A stretch of 62,974 nucleotides of DNA, filler included, from Octopus bimaculoides (GCF_001194135.2; 10 parts of 10 records of this genome joined end to end with filler, not necessarily neighbours in it), one strand, 5' to 3'; counted from the whole stretch's first letter, positions 12,812 to 27,384 are shown. A program made the numbers and translations. The notes: a model not told the origin generated them from the letters alone.

Positions 12812-13128
12812 GGAGGCGCAATGGCCCAGTGGTTAGGGCAGCGGACTCGCCTTCATAGGATTACGGTTTCGATTTCCAGACCGGGCGTTGTGAGTGTTTA
12901 TTGAGCGAAAAACCTTAAGCTCCACGAGGCTCCGGCAGGGGATGGTGGCGAACCCTGCTGTACTCTTTCACCACAACTTTCTCTCACTCTTACTTCCTGT
13001 TTCTGTTGTGCCTGTAATTCAAGGGGCCAGCCTTGTCACGCTGAATATCCCCGAGAACTACATTAAGGGTACACGTGTCTGTGGAGTGCTCAGCCACTTG
13101 CACGTTAATTTCACGAGCAGGCTGTTCC
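12812..13128 (+). mobile_element. SINE family C with intact tRNA-like head
   Basis: A-box TGGCCCAGTGG (12822-12832), B-box-like GGTTTCGATTTCC (12865-12877), followed by a non-tRNA body; truncated by a gap. Confidence 0.85.
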
Positions 13129-13444
13129 NNNNNNNNNNNNNNNNNNNNNNNNNNNNNNNNNNNNNNNNNNNNNNNNNNNNNNNNNNNNNNNNNNNNNNNN
13201 NNNNNNNNNNNNNNNNNNNNNNNNNNNNNNNNNNNNNNNNNNNNNNNNNNNNNNNNNNNNNNNNNNNNNNNNNNNNNNNNNNNNNNNNNNNNNNNNNNNN
13301 NNNNNNNNNNNNNNNNNNNNNGTGTGTGCGTGTGTGTGATCGTCACAAACAATTGCGAGCGCAAAATGGTGGAAAACAATACAGTATTTATTGGCAGCCA
13401 TTTTGAATTTAAGCATTCTGTTTCTGAGCTGAAAACACCATATT

Positions 13445-13870
13445 TCTCTCACTCTTTTCTCCCGCCTCCCGTCTCTTTATCTTTTTCTCTTTCTCATTCT
13501 CTTTCTCTTTCCGTCTCTCTCTCTCTCTCCCGCTTTCTCTCTCTCCTTTTTCTCCTGTCTTTCTCTCACTTTTCTCCTTTTCTCTTTCATTTTCTTTCTT
13601 TTTTTTCTTTTATTCTCTTTCTCTCCCTCTTTCACTTTATCTTTTTCTTCACCCCTCTTTTTCTCTCTCTCTCTCTTTCTCTCTAGCTCTTTCTCTCTCT
13701 TTTATCCTCTTTTTCTTCCTCTCTCTCTCTCACTTTCTCTCTAGCTGTTACTCTCTTTGTTATCCTTTTTTCTTTCTCCCTCTCTGTCTAGCTCTTTCTC
13801 CTATTATCCTCTTCTGCTTTTTTTTTCTTTCTCTCTTACTTTCTCTCTGTTTCTTTTTTTTTTCTCCTTC
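13445..13870. repeat. Polypyrimidine (CT/CTT)-rich tract
   Basis: About 425 bp almost exclusively C and T. Confidence 0.95.
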
Positions 13871-14120
13871 CTTGCATATCAAACGAGTAATTCTGCCAAT
13901 AAAAGCATACGCAATGGATATAGTTCACTTTTATATTATTAATTAGTAAATTAAACAATTAATTGGTTAATTAATCAATTAATTCATGTTTTCAAAGATC
14001 TTCATGACACAACAGTGAATGTTTCAATGATTTCTCCAAAAATTAATTAGTCAATTATAAATGTAACGAACTACAACGAGTGAATGTGTTTTCGGCAGAA
14101 ACTCGCTCACAAACTACAAT

Positions 14121-14164
<44 letters not shown>

Positions 14165-14460
14165 GCAAGCAAGCAAATACACAGGTACATATAATAGTGC
14201 GAAGGCGTTGACAACAATTAACGAATAACAAAGTGACGTGGAACACAGTTTCGTCAGCCAGGTAATTATCCAGAATCATAACAGTTTCGACGCTGGCAGG
14301 AAAACATGATGTTGATCATCTAGAAAGTGCCAAAGATTAAAAATATACGTTAGTAGTCTTGCAACTATGACACAAAGGATAGAAGCACTCAACTAGAACG
14401 AAACAACACGGATAAACACATGCATATACAAACAGTAACTCAAACAATCATGTATACATT

Positions 14461-14492
<32 letters not shown>

Positions 14493-15559
14493 ACACACAC
14501 ACACACACNNNNNNNNNNNNNNNNNNNNNNNNNNNNNNNNNNNNNNNNNNNNNNNNNNNNNNNNNNNNNNNNNNNNNNNNNNNNNNNNNNNNNNNNNNNN
14601 NNNNNNNNNNNNNNNNNNNNNNNNNNNNNNNNNNNNNNNNNNNNNNNNNNNNNNNNNNNNNNNNNNNNNNNNNNNNNNNNNNNNNNNNNNNNNNNNNNNN
14701 NNNNNNNNNNNNNNNNNNNNNNNNNNNNNNNNNNNNNNNNNNNNNNNNNNNNNNNNNNNNNNNNNNNNNNNNNNNNNNNNNNNNNNNNNNNNNNNNNNNN
14801 NNNNNNNNNNNNNNNNNNNNNNNNNNNNNNNNNNNNNNNNNNNNNNNNNNNNNNNNNNNNNNNNNNNNNNNNNNNNNNNNNNNNNNNNNNNNNNNNNNNN
14901 NNNNNNNNNNNNNNNNNNNNNNNNNNNNNNNNNNNNNNNNNNNNNNNNNNNNNNNNNNNNNNNNNNNNNNNNNNNNNNNNNNNNNNNNNNNNNNNNNNNN
15001 NNNNNNNNNNNNNNNNNNNNNNNNNNNNNNNNNNNNNNNNNNNNNNNNNNNNNNNNNNNNNNNNNNNNNNNNNNNNNNNNNNNNNNNNNNNNNNNNNNNN
15101 NNNNNNNNNNNNNNNNNNNNNNNNNNNNNNNNNNNNNNNNNNNNNNNNNNNNNNNNNNNNNNNNNNNNNNNNNNNNNNNNNNNNNNNNNNNNNNNNNNNN
15201 NNNNNNNNNNNNNNNNNNNNNNNNNNNNNNNNNNNNNNNNNNNNNNNNNNNNNNNNNNNNNNNNNNNNNNNNNNNNNNNNNNNNNNNNNNNNNNNNNNNN
15301 NNNNNNNNNNNNNNNNNNNNNNNNNNNNNNNNNNNNNNNNNNNNNNNNNNNNNNNNNNNNNNNNNNNNNNNNNNNNNNNNNNNNNNNNNNNNNNNNNNNN
15401 NNNNNNNNNNNNNNNNNNNNNNNNNNNNNNNNNNNNNNNNNNNNNNNNNNNNNNNNNNNNNNNNNNNNNNNNNNNNNNNNNNTGGATCGATTCATTCGAC
15501 CAAAGCACATCTCCAGTGATAGAAGCTGTACAAAAACAATCAATAATAGTAATAAAGTT

Positions 15560-15860
15560 TTCTTTTATTTGCCACAAGGGCGAAGGATGAAGAGGACAAT
15601 ACAGAGACAGACATAAAGTGTGGGTTTACATATAATAATGAAATAATAATAATAAAAAAGTATACACGGTATACACTGGAAAAGAAGGGACATATGCATA
15701 GTATAGAAAGGTAAAAAAAAAAAAAAAGAAAAGTGGGGATGATAGAGATGTGGCCCTTCTGATACCGGAACGTCCCTAGGTATAATCGAAGAGCTCCACT
15801 GCCCGAGATTTCCCTGAAACCCTAGGAACAAATGCCCTCTACAATTCCTCCTCCCCAACT
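15560..15860 (-). mobile_element. Probable LINE 3' UTR/terminus (clade uncertain, possibly L1/Tx1)
   Basis: Minus strand ends tgtctgtctctgtattgtcctcttcatccttcgcccttgtggcaaataaaagaaa after a pyrimidine-rich UTR-like stretch; no ORF support. Confidence 0.35.
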
Positions 15861-18800
15861 CATAGGTCTATGATAAAAAGTAACGGGGGTCAATTCAGCC
15901 ACCTAAGATCCTTCAAAGCAGTGTCCCACTATGACTTTATTCCATTGATTGAAACAGGTAAATTATAAAATGATGAAGCATCACCTGAATACACTACCTA
16001 ACGTGTCCTTCCTTTGTTCTGTGCGTCAGGACGCGACGTGAGTGAGATCATTGGTATTTTTTAGCCGGGCGAACGTACAGGCTGCTATAGTTTAGTATAG
16101 CGTTCGTAGGTGTAAACTCATAAAATATTCTGATTTATATGTTGATATTCCCAAGAAAGCTTTCATCTATTTTGTAGTTTGTATATATTTGGTATGAGTA
16201 ATATATTTTATGCAGGGTATATATGTATTTTAGGGCCAAAAGGTGACTTTGGAGAAGTTACACACACACAGGCTCACAAAGACACACACGCGCACACACA
16301 TACATACATACACACATACATACATACATACATACATACATACATACATACATACATAATACATACATACATACATGCACATACGTGCGCGCGAGTTTAA
16401 ACTGATTTTGGCCGAAGTTTCACATTAAATAAACATATGAATAAACTCTGCACCATATATTGCGTACAATCTTCCTTCGTGCCAATATAAGATCTAATGT
16501 TATANNNNNNNNNNNNNNNNNNNNNNNNNNNNNNNNNNNNNNNNNNNNTTAATTAATTAANNNNNNNNNNNNNNNNNNNNNNNNNNNNNNNNNNNNNNNN
16601 NNNNTCTCTCTCTCTCTCTGTCTCTCTCTGTCTCTCTCTCTCTCTCTCTTTCTCTCTGTCTCTCTCTCTCTCTTTCTCTCTCTCCATCTTTCTCTCTTTC
16701 TTTCTCTTTCTCTCTATCAATCTATCTCCATCCATCTATCTATTTATCTATCTATCTCATTCTATCTCTCTTTCTATATATATATATATATTTATCATTA
16801 TAAATATACAGGGATTAGCAATTGAGTTGCTTCTCCAACATACTGAAAATTTAGAAATAGCAGTCAAAGAACTACTGATTCAAAACTACAAATTTTTCTC
16901 TAAAGTGGATGGCGATATTTATGGCACACATAGAACAAAAAACCGGAGGGAAAAGCGTAAACAAAACCAAGCCTTTAGTTAATTGGATACGAATCGTTTC
17001 ATGGTTAAGTGAATGGAAATTTCACTANNNNNNNNNNNNNNNNNNNNNNNNNNNNNNNNNNNNNNNNNNNNNNNNNNNNNNNNNNNNNNNNNNNNNNNNN
17101 NNNNNNNNNNNNNNNNNNNNNNNNNNNNNNNNNNNNNNNNNNNNNNNNNNNNNNNNNNNNNNNNNNNNNNNNNNNNNNNNNNNNNNNNNNNNNNNNNNNN
17201 NNNNNNNNNNNNNNNNNNNNNNNNNNNNNNNNNNNNNNNNNNNNNNNNNNNNNNNNNNNNNNNNNNNNNNNNNNNNNNNNNNNNNNNNNNNNNNNNNNNN
17301 NNNNNNNNNNNNNNNNNNNNNNNNNNNNNNNNNNNNNNNNNNNNNNNNNNNNNNNNNNNNNNNNNNNNNNNNNNNNNNNNNNNNNNNNNNNNNNNNNNNN
17401 NNNNNNNNNNNNNNNNNNNNNNNNNNNNNNNNNNNNNNNNNNNNNNNNNNNNNNNNNNNNNNNNNNNNNNNNNNNNNNNNNNNNNNNNNNNNNNNNNNNN
17501 NNNNNNNNNNNNNNNNNNNNNNNNNNNNNNNNNNNNNNNNNNNNNNNNNNNNNNNNNNNNNNNNNNNNNNNNNNNNNNNNNNNNNNNNNNNNNNNNNNNN
17601 NNNNNNNNNNNNNNNNNNNNNNNNNNNNNNNNNNNNATATATATATATATATATATATATATAAGCTAGGTAATAACAAACAGGAAAAACAACAGAACTC
17701 AATACATAGGGTACAGAACACATACACATACACACGCACATGCACACGTTCACTCATACACATACACACACACACAGACATTACACATACATACACTCAC
17801 ACGCTCATATAAATGCATGCACGCGTCTGTGTATGCAAGTTATCCTCTCTTAATTCTTTCCATAAAGAAGCAGCTGGCTTCTAACAAAGAAACGAACTCC
17901 ATCACTGGAATTTTCATAACAAAAACAATTGTTACGTCTTAACTTCTGAAAAACTCATATTCTCTTTTTACTGTTCCGTTCACAGATTTTATTTGCAAAG
18001 TGCATGTTAGCTGCACATTTTCTTTGCTTAGAGACCCTGGCTTTTCAAGAGAATCACTTTAATATTTTACTAACATAGAAAGTGCACCAGTAATTATTTA
18101 AGTATGCGTGAATGCATGTATTTTCTGAAGTCGTTGGGTTCTTTCTATAGAGAAGAGGTTGATACATCACTAAGAAACAAAGCTCCATCGCTGGAATTTA
18201 GATAACAGTATCACTGAAGGGTTCCATGTTGAAGATCGTAAACGAATGTTTTATTCTTCTAATTCATCCTATAAAGAATGTAATTCGTTCGTTGAAGTAT
18301 AAACCACCCCATCCTGTGTATAGCCGCTATTTTCTTCTAAGAGCGTGAAAAGCTTAGAAGACTGTATTATGCGTATTTCATTTCCATATCAAAGCATTGT
18401 TAATTATAATGTTTCAGAAATATTAGTTTCAAATTTAGGCACAAGGTCAGCAATTTCGTGGAGGAGCTTGATGGTTGTATTGACCACAGTGCTCAACTGA
18501 TGCTTATCTTATCGACCCTGAACGGATGAAAGGCGAAGCCGGCCTCGGCGGAATTTGAACTGAGAAAATAAAGGCGGACAGCATGGTGCTAAGCGTTTAG
18601 TCTTGTTGCTAACGATTCTGTTAGTTCACCACCGTAGAATATTTCAGAAATAGTCTTCACGGCAAAATGCAATGAGGGAGTGACTATGTAATCAGTCAAT
18701 CTGTTAAAAATATTGGGTTGTCAGGTAAAAAAAAAAAAAAGTTAAAGATATTGGGATCGATTCGTTCTAAAATACTTTAAGGTGGTGTCCCAGCATGGCC

Positions 18801-19019
18801 GCTGTCCAATGGTTGAAACACGTAAACAATTGAAGAAGAGAGGAAATAACAATTAATCAGAATAAATTGAGAGTCCTTTCATATGTGAATGTGCAGAGAA
18901 AATTTAGAGTTGTGACTAGAAACAAAGATTTATCCCAACAGTAATGGAGACGGTTGTAGCTGAAAAGCCTTTGAATGTTGGTCTGCTCCATCAGGATCGA
19001 CCCAGGGTTAAACAACAAA

Positions 19020-19240
19020 AAACGTCTTTTCTACTCTAGACACAAATCCCGAAATTTTTTGGAGGAGGGGGCCAGTCGATTAGATCGACCCCTAGTCGCA
19101 ACTAGTACTTAATTTATCGACCCCGAAAGGATGAAAGGCAAAGTCGACCTTTGCAGATTTTGAACTCAGACCGTAACGGCAGACGAAATACCGCTAAGCA
19201 TTTCGTCCGGCGTGCTAACGTTTCTGCCAGCTCGCCGCCT
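19020..19240 (-). mobile_element. SINE family A, full length
   Basis: Reverse complement of the 6303 unit; a more diverged copy lies at ~18425-18640. Confidence 0.85.
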
Positions 19241-21184
19241 TAAACAACAAAAATAGGGAAAATGTTAATAGAAGTGGATACAGTTATCTTGTGAAGGTAA
19301 TAGCATTCTGATGACACTTTAAAACAACTCTCGGTTAATTATTTTCATACAACTCTAACCTGCTCAGCCGACATTTCCTATTGAAATTTTTGGATTTAGA
19401 GACATCTCTGTGTCTTTTGCTTCCATCTCTGTGACTTTTGCTTACAATTCCTGTGTCGTACATACGACATACATAGTGAAACTGACACTTTTATTTGACT
19501 TAGGAAGATTGGTTCGCTGTACATTTATGTACTGCTGCAACTGTTTTTGCTTAGCGTCAGATTAGCTTAAAATCGAAGACATTCCAGCCATGAACATCCT
19601 GTCTTGTATTCATTGATAGATGTTCCGACATACATATTTATGTGTGTGTGCGTGTCTCTATTTGTGCTTATGTATGTGTTTGTGTAAATGTGGGCGTATG
19701 AGTATGTGTGCATGTGTGTGTGTGGGGGGGGGGCATTTTGTAAGCGAAAGAAGTTAGTACTCAATACACGGTGTAGAGCTTTTCATATATTTTTCCAACT
19801 GGATTCCGCAACGCCTCAGGGTTCACGCTCTGAGGTCGAGTGTATGCATATGTTTTTGTGTGTGTACATGTGTGCACACGTATATGTGTGTGCCCGCGCA
19901 CACGGGTGCGTATGTGTGTGTGAATGATTGTGTCCCTATATATATGTACCCTTCCATGCCTACGTGCATGTGATTGTATGTGTATGTGTGTATGTTTTTA
20001 TNNNNNNNNNNNNNNNNNNNNNNNNNNNNNNNNNNNNNNNNNNNNNNNNNNNNNNNNNNNNNNNNNNNNNNNNNNNNNNNNNNNNNNNNNNNNNNNNNNN
20101 NNNNNNNNNNNNNNNNNNNNNNNNNNNNNNNNNNNNNNNNNNNNNNNNNNNNNNNNNNNNNNNNNNNNNNNNNNNNNNNNNNNNNNNNNNNNNNNNNNNN
20201 NNNNNNNNNNNNNNNNNNNNNNNNNNNNNNNNNNNNNNNNNNNNNNNNNNNNNNNNNNNNNNNNNNNNNNNNNNNNNNNNNNNNNNNNNNNNNNNNNNNN
20301 NNNNNNNNNNNNNNNNNNNNNNNNNNNNNNNNNNNNNNNNNNNNNNNNNNNNNNNNNNNNNNNNNNNNNNNNNNNNNNNNNNNNNNNNNNNNNNNNNNNN
20401 NNNNNNNNNNNNNNNNNNNNNNNNNNNNNNNNNNNNNNNNNNNNNNNNNNNNNNNNNNNNNNNNNNNNNNNNNNNNNNNNNNNNNNNNNNNNNNNNNNNN
20501 NNNNNNNNNNNNNNNNNNNNNNNNNNNNNNNNNNNNNNNNNNNNNNNNNNNNNNNNNNNNNNNTATATATATATATATATATATATATTTATAGTTTCGG
20601 TGCGAATGTTTTTTTTTTGCACAACAACACAGTCGTGTAAACAAAGGGATGAAGGTTCGACTCCCACGCGGATAGGAAAACCTTCTTTTTCCTGTCGAGA
20701 ACTCATATGCCCCGTTATTAGACTATTTTCCTTACACATTGCTTTAAGCTTATATAAATATATATATATATTAATACAAAGGATATATAAGCATATGCAC
20801 GTATACACACATATATGTACATACCTACATCTACATGTGTATATAGATTTGAACAGAAGTTGAAGGCTGCTCGTAATGTTCAAACCAACCTTTTATATGA
20901 AAATGACAGACGTTCTAACATGTGACCAAAGTAATCCTTCGAATTTCTCTATCCATTTTGGAAATTCTTACCACCAAGAGTTGTTATGTAGTTGACGTCA
21001 TAAAGATTTAGAAAATTTAAGAGCATGTAAAAGTCTGTCATATTTACAGAAGATGCGGGTTCGAGTCCCACGGATAATATTAGACCTTTTCTATCCAAAG
21101 GGCTTTTTTAATTCAACATTTACACGCTATAATTTATAGTTTATCTACTTCGAGTTTCACCGTTTCAAACAAAAATGTGTGTGT

Positions 21185-21218
<34 letters not shown>

Positions 21219-21835
21219 TGTGTGTGTGTGTGTGTGTGCACAGTTATGTTGGTGCAAACAGGAATATTAGAACTCAAAATATACGCTCGAAATTCTCGGA
21301 CCATGAGTCATTCTGTTACTTCTACAAAATATTAATAAATATATACGTAGGAACATGCGGGTTCAGTCCCACTGTGTGGCACCTTGGGCATGTATCTACT
21401 ATAGCCTCATGAATGAATTTGGTAGACGGAAACTGAAAGAAGCCCGTCGTATATATATGTATATATCTATGTGTGTGTCACGTTTGTGTCTGTGTTTGTC
21501 CTACCATCACCGTTTGATAACCGTGCTGGTTGAGTTTACACACAGATCGAAAGGGTTATGAGGTTTCACGAAGAAATTTCTGTTAAAAAAGAAAAAAAGA
21601 AGAAAATCTATTGAGAACTTTACTATGGACAATAGGAAGAAAGTATTTACATTTTTATCAAAATATGCTACAGATTTCAGCAACTTGAAATGGCGATTTA
21701 GTAATGTTGAAATAAAAGAGAAAATAAATTGAAACNNNNNNNNNNNNNNNNNNNNNNNNNNNNNNNNNNNNNNNNNNNNTTAATTAATTAANNNNNNNNN
21801 NNNNNNNNNNNNNNNNNNNNNNNNNNNNNNNNNNN

Positions 21836-21873
<38 letters not shown>

Positions 21874-21979
21874 CGACATATATATATATATATATACGAC
21901 AGGATTCTTTCAGTTTCCCTTTACCAAATCTACTCGCAAGGCTTTGGTCGGCCCGAGGCTATGGTAGGAGACACTTGCC

Positions 21980-22720
21980 CATCATCATTATCATCATTAT
22001 CATCGTCGTTGTCGTTAACATCATCATCATCATCATTATTATTGTTGTTATTTTCTTTTTATCACACGTTTTGTTGGAGCTTCTGGAGTCCTGTATACGT
22101 AGGGGGGGCTTACTACCTGCAGTCTACGGTACTATGTTATTCATTCCTTTCAGCTATCTAATACTTTCCTGATTATTTTTGCCGTGCCAAGGAGGCAAAC
22201 CTTTTGTAACAGTTCTGCTGGGCACTCTATTCCAAATTCTTTTATATACTTCTGGATGCCTTCTGATACTGTTCCTATAGTTAGGCTATTTCGTACTTAA
22301 GAGGGTTGTATCTATCTATCTTTTCGTCTTCCTACTTGACTATTCGTGGGTCAAAGGGGCATGCAACATCAACTATATAGCATATGTGATGCACCTTGAC
22401 CACCACCGCTAGGTCCGGTCTGTTATGTTCTAGCACTTTATCTGTTCGGATTCGGAAATCCCAGAGGATTTTGCTAGTCTCCGACTCCGCCACTTTCTGC
22501 GAAATGTACTCATACTACGTCATGCCTCTCTGTAAATCCCCACTTTTCGCACAGTTTCCGATGTAGTAGTTTCGCTACCTGGTCGCGTGGCCACAACTTG
22601 TAGTGGTTTTGGGCAATGGTTTCAACCGCTCTATTACAGATGCGGCACAGCGGAGACACTTGATCATTCCTCACGTTAACCCTCCAGTTCCTGGGCAGAT
22701 TTTCGTCCTGCCCTACCAAA
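21980..22720 (-). mobile_element. R4/Dong-like non-LTR element 3' end (zinc knuckle plus restriction-like endonuclease) with (GAT/AAT)n tail
   Basis: Minus-strand translation CRICNRAVET...KILWDFRIRTDKVLEHNRPDLAVV...CYIVDVACPFD...EKIDRY...LLGTAKIIRKVLDS* with internal stops; PD..D RLE motif present. Confidence 0.8.
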
Positions 22721-23130
22721 TTTTATTATAATTACTTTGAATCTCTCCGCATGTAAAGATATATGACGGACAGTATATATCTCTACCCGTCTTCACACAC
22801 AAGTCCTTTCTTTCTCTCTCTCTCTCTCTTTCTCTCTTTCTCCCCCCTCTCTCTCTCTCTCTCTCTTTCTGTATGCATATATGTATGTGCATGTATGTAC
22901 GCATCAATATACACATACTCATGGATCCCTGTTATCTATTACGATATAAACGTATATATACAGACACACACTTACATACACACACACTCCAACGCACACA
23001 CGAATACACACATACACACACACACATACACACTCACACACACATACACATACACACACATACACACTCACACACGCACATACACACACACATTCACGCA
23101 CACACACACATACACACACACGTATACACG

Positions 23131-23204
<74 letters not shown>

Positions 23205-23589
23205 TCGGCCTAAACGAATGAATAAGCACTCTGTGTTGAAACCATTCCTTTCTTCGTGATGTGGCTATTATTGCAAACACGTGTCCGTCGAATAAGAACC
23301 TTTTGTGCCGTTGGTCTTCTTGTTATTATTGCTGTCTGCTGCCCAGAGTCTGAGCGTCAGTGTGTGTGTGTATGTGTGTGCGTGTGTTTGTGTGCGGTGC
23401 AAGTGAGTGCGAGTGAGATTTTTTTTCTTTTTTCTTTTATCAGAGAGCATGTCTGTGTTTATTGGAATGTTGACGGAAGTCATCGGTTGGCGCTGATCTC
23501 ATCATCTCATGAAACGGATAACTGCACCGACATTAAGTGTACAGCGAAGGTGGCGGTTGAAGATAGCTCAGTCAGGAATTATTATAATA

Positions 23590-24265
23590 TCGTCGAAAGG
23601 CGGCGAGCTGGCAGAAATGTTAGCACCCCGGGAGAAATGCTTAGAGGTATTTCGTCTGCCACTGCGTTCTGAGTTCAAATTTCACCGGGGTCGACTTTAC
23701 CTTTCATCTTTTCGAGATCGATAAATATAAGTACCAGTTGTACACCGGGGTCAATGTAATCGACTCATCCCCTTCCTCCAAATTTCAGGCCTTGTTCCTG
23801 TAGTAGAAAGGATTATTATAATATCGTCGAAAGGCGACGAGCTAGCAGAAACGTTAGCACAACGGGCGAAATGCTTAGCGCTATTTCGTCTGTCTTTACG
23901 TTCTGAGTTCAAATTCCACCGGGGTCGACTTTGCCTTTCATCCTTTCGGGGTCGATAAATTAAGTACCAGTTACGCACTGGGGTCGATATAACGGACTTA
24001 ATCCCTTTGTCTGTCCTTGTTTGTCCCCTCTATGTTTAGCCCCTTGTGGGCAATAAAGAAATAAGAAACGTTAGCACGACGGGCGAAATGCTTAGCGCTA
24101 TTTCGTCTGTCTTTACGTTCTGAGTTCAACTTCCGCCGAGGTCGACTTTGCCTTTCATCCTTTCGGGGTCAATAAATTAAGTACTGCATCAATAAATTAA
24201 TTACTGCATACTGGAGTCGATCTTATCGGCTGTCCCCCACCCAAATTTCTGGCCCTGTGCCTAGA
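23590..24265 (+). mobile_element. Three tandem SINE family A units
   Basis: Units start at ~23596, ~23830 and ~24062; the middle unit carries an alternative 3' tail. Confidence 0.9.
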
Positions 24266-24409
24266 TTATTTACATTATTTACATTTGACGGATATTTGTC
24301 CTCATCTTGTTTGTACGTGTATATGGGCGATCCGGAGAGGAGGAAAATCTCTCTCTCTGTCTATTTATTTATCTATCTATTTTTCTATATATCTCTCTAT
24401 TTATTTATG

Positions 24410-24468
<59 letters not shown>

Positions 24469-24595
24469 ATATGTGTGTGTGTGTGTATACATGTAATGCA
24501 TATATACATGTAATGCATATATACATATATATATGGGTATAATTATATGGACACATGTTTACGGATGCTATATATACATGTGTATGTGTGTGTGA

Positions 24596-24655
<60 letters not shown>

Positions 24656-25720
24656 TGTGTGTGTGTGTGTGTGTGTGTCTTTGAGTGTATGTCTTTGTGT
24701 CTGTTTCCTCTCCCCACGCAACACTTACATACTGGTGCCTGTGTACTTAAGATCCTGTAACCTAGTGGTAAAAGTGTGTGGTACAATACGGCGGTGCCAC
24801 AGTGAGGCCGCAGTCTAAAGGAGACCAAATGTGTACGTACGTCTCTATATGTATATATAAAAAAAAAGAAAACAAAAAATGGATAAAGAGCGTAACAGGC
24901 GACAAGAAAACATCCGAACAGTTAGACGATACAAAAAAGGACAGGAAAAAACAAGGACGAATCATTCGGAGCTTTCTATCGTCACTCGAGTTCCAGATCA
25001 TCGTTGCAGTATCGGCCAGATACACTCGAGGCTGTTCCAATCTGGCCGGTCCGAAGAAAATCTAAGTTAAGAGCACTGTCCGATAGCGAAAATATATTCA
25101 ATCCATAATTGTTAGTCCAACGAAGTATATATTTTGTTTCACCCACGGAGTTCCTGACGAGCTGCAGCGGAAACAAAATATATATGAAGCAACTGGCTGT
25201 ATGGTAAGAAGCCTGCTTCCCAACCACACAGTTGCAGGTTCCGTCCACTGAGACACTACTAACCTTTCTATTAATACCACCCATATATCCCATACACCAT
25301 TCACATTACAGATCTATATCTACCCTAATTGCAACAAATCCAGAACTACTTACCTCCCTTACACATAATCTTTTTACTCAGGGACTAGTAGACCCGACAC
25401 CGTTCGGTAATCGGTGTGTATTCAAAGCAGTGATCAGTAATTTTACGAAACCGGTATGCTTTTGAATCTCTTTAACAATTCACGATAATGACATATTACT
25501 TTTATTCCTACCTCAGTTCATCTTATCGTATGTATCTATTGTTACAATTTCATAAAAAGCCTTTACATTTTTTGATCTCCAATGTGCATTTTTGCTTATT
25601 TTTCTTCTTACATTCCCCTTACATTTCCACGTGTAGTTTCTATTTTCTTTTTGCAACATATTTCTATTATATATATATATACGTATGTGTATGTGTGTGT
25701 GTGTATGTATGTATGTATTA

Positions 25721-25751
<31 letters not shown>

Positions 25752-26071
25752 GTGTGTGTGTGTGTGTGTACGTTTGTGTGTCTGTGTTTGTCCCCCAACA
25801 TTGCTTGTCAAACGATGCTGGTGTGTTTACGTCCCCGTAACTTAGCAGTTCCGCAAAAGGGACCGATAGAATAAGTACTAAACTTACAAAGAAAAAGTCC
25901 TGGGGTCAGTTTGCTGGACGTGAGGCGGTGCTCAAGTATGGCCGCAGTCATATGACTGAAACAACTAAAAGAATATATATATAGTCACAAAAAATATATG
26001 CATGTATATATATATACGCACACATATATATACACACATATATACATGCATAGACATATATATGTGTATAT

Positions 26072-26122
<51 letters not shown>

Positions 26123-27057
26123 NNNNNNNNNNNNNNNNNNNNNNNNNNNNNNNNNNNNNNNNNNNNNNNNNNNNNNNNNNNNNNNNNNNNNNNNNNNNNN
26201 NNNNNNNNNNNNNNNNNNNNNNNNNNNNNNNNNNNNNNNNNNNNNNNNNNNNNNNNNNNNNNNNNNNNNNNNNNNNNNNNNNNNNNNNNNNNNNNNNNNN
26301 NNNNNNNNNNNNNNNNNNNNNNNNNNNNNNNNNNNNNNNNNNNNNNNNNNNNNNNNNNNNNNNNNNNNNNNNNNNNNNNNNNNNNNNNNNNNNNNNNNNN
26401 NNNNNNNNNNNNNNNNNNNNNNNNNNNNNNNNNNNNNNNNNNNNNNNNNNNNNNNNNNNNNNNNNNNNNNNNNNNNNNNNNNNNNNNNNNNNNNNNNNNN
26501 NNNNNNNNNNNNNNNNNNNNNNNNNNNNNNNNNNNNNNNNNNNNNNNNNNNNNNNNNNNNNNNNNNNNNNNNNNNNNNNNNNNNNNNNNNNNNNNNNNNN
26601 NNNNNNNNNNNNNNNNNNNNNNNNNNNNNNNNNNNNNNNNNNNNNNNNNNNNNNNNNNNNNNNNNNNNNNNNNNNNNNNNNNNNNNNNNNNNNNNNNNNN
26701 NNNNNNNNNNNNNNNNNNNNNNNNNNNNNNNNNNNNNNNNNNNNNNNNNNNNNNNNNNNNNNNNNNNNNNNNNNNNNNNNNNNNNNNNNNNNNNNNNNNN
26801 NNNNNNNNNNNNNNNNNNNNNNNNNNNNNNNNNNNNNNNNNNNNNNNNNNNNNNNNNNNNNNNNNNNNNNNNNNNNNNNNNNNNNNNNNNNNNNNNNNNN
26901 NNNNNNNNNNNNNNNNNNNNNNNNNNNNNNNNNNNNNNNNNNNNNNNNNNNNNNNNNNNNNNNNNNNNNNNNNNNNNNNNNNNNNNNNNNNNNNNNNNNN
27001 NNNNNNNNNNNNNNNNNNNNNNNNNNNNNNNNNNNNNNNNNNNNNNNNNNNNNNNNN

Positions 27058-27107
<50 letters not shown>

Positions 27108-27343
27108 TTCGCACATACCCAAACACGCAAACAGACAGGCTGACGCACGCATACGCACCTGTTCTCTCACATTATATGATATAACACGTCATGTGTTTAA
27201 TAAGGAGGGGTAAAAGGAAGAGGAGGAAGTTGGAAGGCAGTTGTCCTGTTGATTATTCTTAGGCTCACCACAAACATATCATTATCTTTTCGGTGCATAT
27301 TGCGTTGTTTTTCGAACGCTCTCCCTCTCTCTTTCTCTCTCTC

Positions 27344-27384
<41 letters not shown>

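Noticed and set aside
12812-12885. tRNA-like sequence
   Set aside because: It continues into a SINE body repeated elsewhere in the window and does not complete a cloverleaf; it is a SINE head, not a tRNA gene.
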